A DNA stretch of 34,819 bases from Planctomycetota bacterium (lineage in GTDB: Bacteria > Planctomycetota > Phycisphaerae > Sedimentisphaerales > Anaerobacaceae). How positions within the stretch are numbered: position 1 is the stretch's first letter; the number at the start of each line of letters is the position of its first letter. The stretch is from contig JAPLMV010000183.1 of NCBI GenBank assembly GCA_026386835.1, positions 1-34,819 of the forward strand. Reading direction: 5' to 3'. Position numbers and translations under genes: made by a program. The notes beneath the pieces were generated by a model. The model did no database searches. It had not been told where the DNA came from and saw only the letters and a program-made list of their open reading frames with translations. Shown here piece after piece: positions 33,550-34,819 of the stretch.

Positions 33550-34819
33550 CTACGCTCTCAGGAATTTTGAGATTTGTTCAATCGTCTTTTTCGTGGCGCC
33601 TTGATTTTTCTTTATAACACTCCTGCCGTTATCAGCAATCTTTTGTGCAAAGCCAGGCTCTAAAAGACATCTCTCCATCGCCGTCTGCAATTCATCCCCG
33701 TCTTTAACCATAATCGCACCCTCGCCTGCCAAAAGTGCCTCGACTGCCTGCTTAAAGTTAAATGCGTGTGGGCCGAACATCGTGCATTTACCCAGTGCCG
33801 CCGCTTCCATCATATCCGAACCGCCCATCGGCACTAAAGACCTGCCCACAAAAATTATCGTTGCCAGCGAATAAAACTTTCGCAAATCGCCCATCGTATC
33901 GCCGAGAATGATTAGTGACTGGTCGTTCGTGGCTTGTCGCTCGATGGCTGATTCACGACTCTCTGATTTTATACGACTGTAGCGGATAAGATTAAAACCG
34001 AATTGTTCTATTAGTTGGGCAACTTCGTCAAATCTCTCCGGCTTGCGAGGCACTATCACAAGACGCAAATCACTGAATTTGTCGTTCTGTTTCAAGCTCC
34101 TGTAAACATCGAGCAGTATTTTTTCCTCATCAATGCCCGTCCCGCCTGCCACCCACAATTTCTCATCGCCGATACCAAGCTGCGTTTTCACCGCATCAGC
34201 CCCTTCGACCTTCTCGTCGGTCTGGGCGGTATCATACTTCAGCGAGCCGGTAACAATTACCTCGCTATCCAGCGAGCTTATTTCCCTGAAACGCCCCGCA
34301 TATTCCTCCGTCTGAGCCAGAATAAGCGATAACTGGCTAAAGATTTTTTTCGCTATCGGCCTGATTAGTTTATATCTCGAAAAACTTCTGTCGCTAATCC
34401 TGCCGTTGACGACAACTACAGGGATATTCAGCTCCTTTGCGATATGGACAAAGTTCGGCCATACCTCCAGCTCCATCAATAAACACAATGCAGGCTGGAT
34501 TCGCTCAAACGCCTGCCGCATTATCCACGAAAAATCCAGCGGAAAGAAAATCACCGTTAAACTGTCCCCGAAAATCGCCTTCGCCCTCGCATAGCCGGTA
34601 TCAGTCGTCGTACTTACCACTATTTCAAATTCAGGAAATTTATTTAGCAGTTTATCAATAATGGTCCTTGCTGCATTGACCTCGCCGACACTCACAGCGT
34701 GAATCCAGATGCATTTCTTATCCGGATTCTTTCGCCTGATTCTGCCCAGACGATTACCCCAGCCGATACGGTATCGGTTTTGCTGAGCCATCCGGTATAA
34801 AATCATCGGGCTTACGGCA
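33550..34819 (-). CDS. waaA: 3-deoxy-D-manno-octulosonic acid (Kdo) transferase, 5' end runs off the window
   Basis: ORF 33550..34806 has the KdtA signature CIWIHAVSVGEVNAA and a C-terminal glycosyltransferase GT30 pattern (GGSDMMEAAALGKC). The frame stays open upstream of the first Met to the window edge, and the usual N-terminal TM segment is missing. Confidence 0.85.
   Translation of the reverse strand, partial: AVSPMILYRMAQQNRYRIGWGNRLGRIRRKNPDKKCIWIHAVSVGEVNAARTIIDKLLNKFPEFEIVVSTTTDTGYARAKAIFGDSLTVIFFPLDFSWIMRQAFERIQPALCLLMELEVWPNFVHIAKELNIPVVVVNGRISDRSFSRYKLIRPIAKKIFSQLSLILAQTEEYAGRFREISSLDSEVIVTGSLKYDTAQTDEKVEGADAVKTQLGIGDEKLWVAGGTGIDEEKILLDVYRSLKQNDKFSDLRLVIVPRKPERFDEVAQLIEQFGFNLIRYSRIKSESRESAIERQATNDQSLIILGDTMGDLRKFYSLATIIFVGRSLVPMGGSDMMEAAALGKCTMFGPHAFNFKQAVEALLAGEGAIMVKDGDELQTAMERCLLEPGFAQKIADNGRSVIKKNQGATKKTIEQISKFLRA

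Overview
The window has three parts and comes from an anaerobic bacterium. Many ECF sigma factors and short ACGAA-type REP-like repeats hint at a Planctomycetota/PVC-type genome, but that guess is low confidence.

(1) 1-15.7 kb: a divergent rex and sppA pair, then a single-strand Wood-Ljungdahl cluster: cooC, cooS/acsA, acsB, acsC, RACo (acsV), cooC2 (acsF), acsD, acsE, fhs, folD.

(2) 15.7-29.6 kb: an accessory, repeat-rich region. It holds a small secreted protein, about 770 bp of repeat-laden non-coding DNA, an SPFH + Arc-type RHH pair, a DegT-type aminotransferase and an HTH-receiver protein. It then holds a minus-strand block: degenerate receiver protein, membrane-anchored unknown protein, an uncalled 59-aa cysteine-ladder ORF, a radical-SAM/SPASM enzyme, and an ECF sigma/anti-sigma pair. 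After that come two tandem 133-nt conserved non-coding elements and an ECF sigma factor fused to a polytopic membrane domain.

(3) 29.6-34.8 kb: an NPCBM + GH27 alpha-galactosidase, aspS, and a 5'-partial waaA.

The best candidate for an undescribed system is the cysteine-ladder peptide (25160-25339, minus strand, below the 60-aa ORF-track cut-off) next to the 530-aa rSAM/SPASM maturase. This looks like a sacti-/ranthipeptide-like RiPP locus without a recognisable protease or exporter, flanked by ECF sigma/anti-sigma genes.

Three conserved genes carry lesions in this sequence. cooS has a 1-nt frame break. acsE appears to have an in-frame gap of about 24 aa. aspS has an internal out-of-frame deletion that removes active-site motifs. 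These may be assembly artefacts or real decay.
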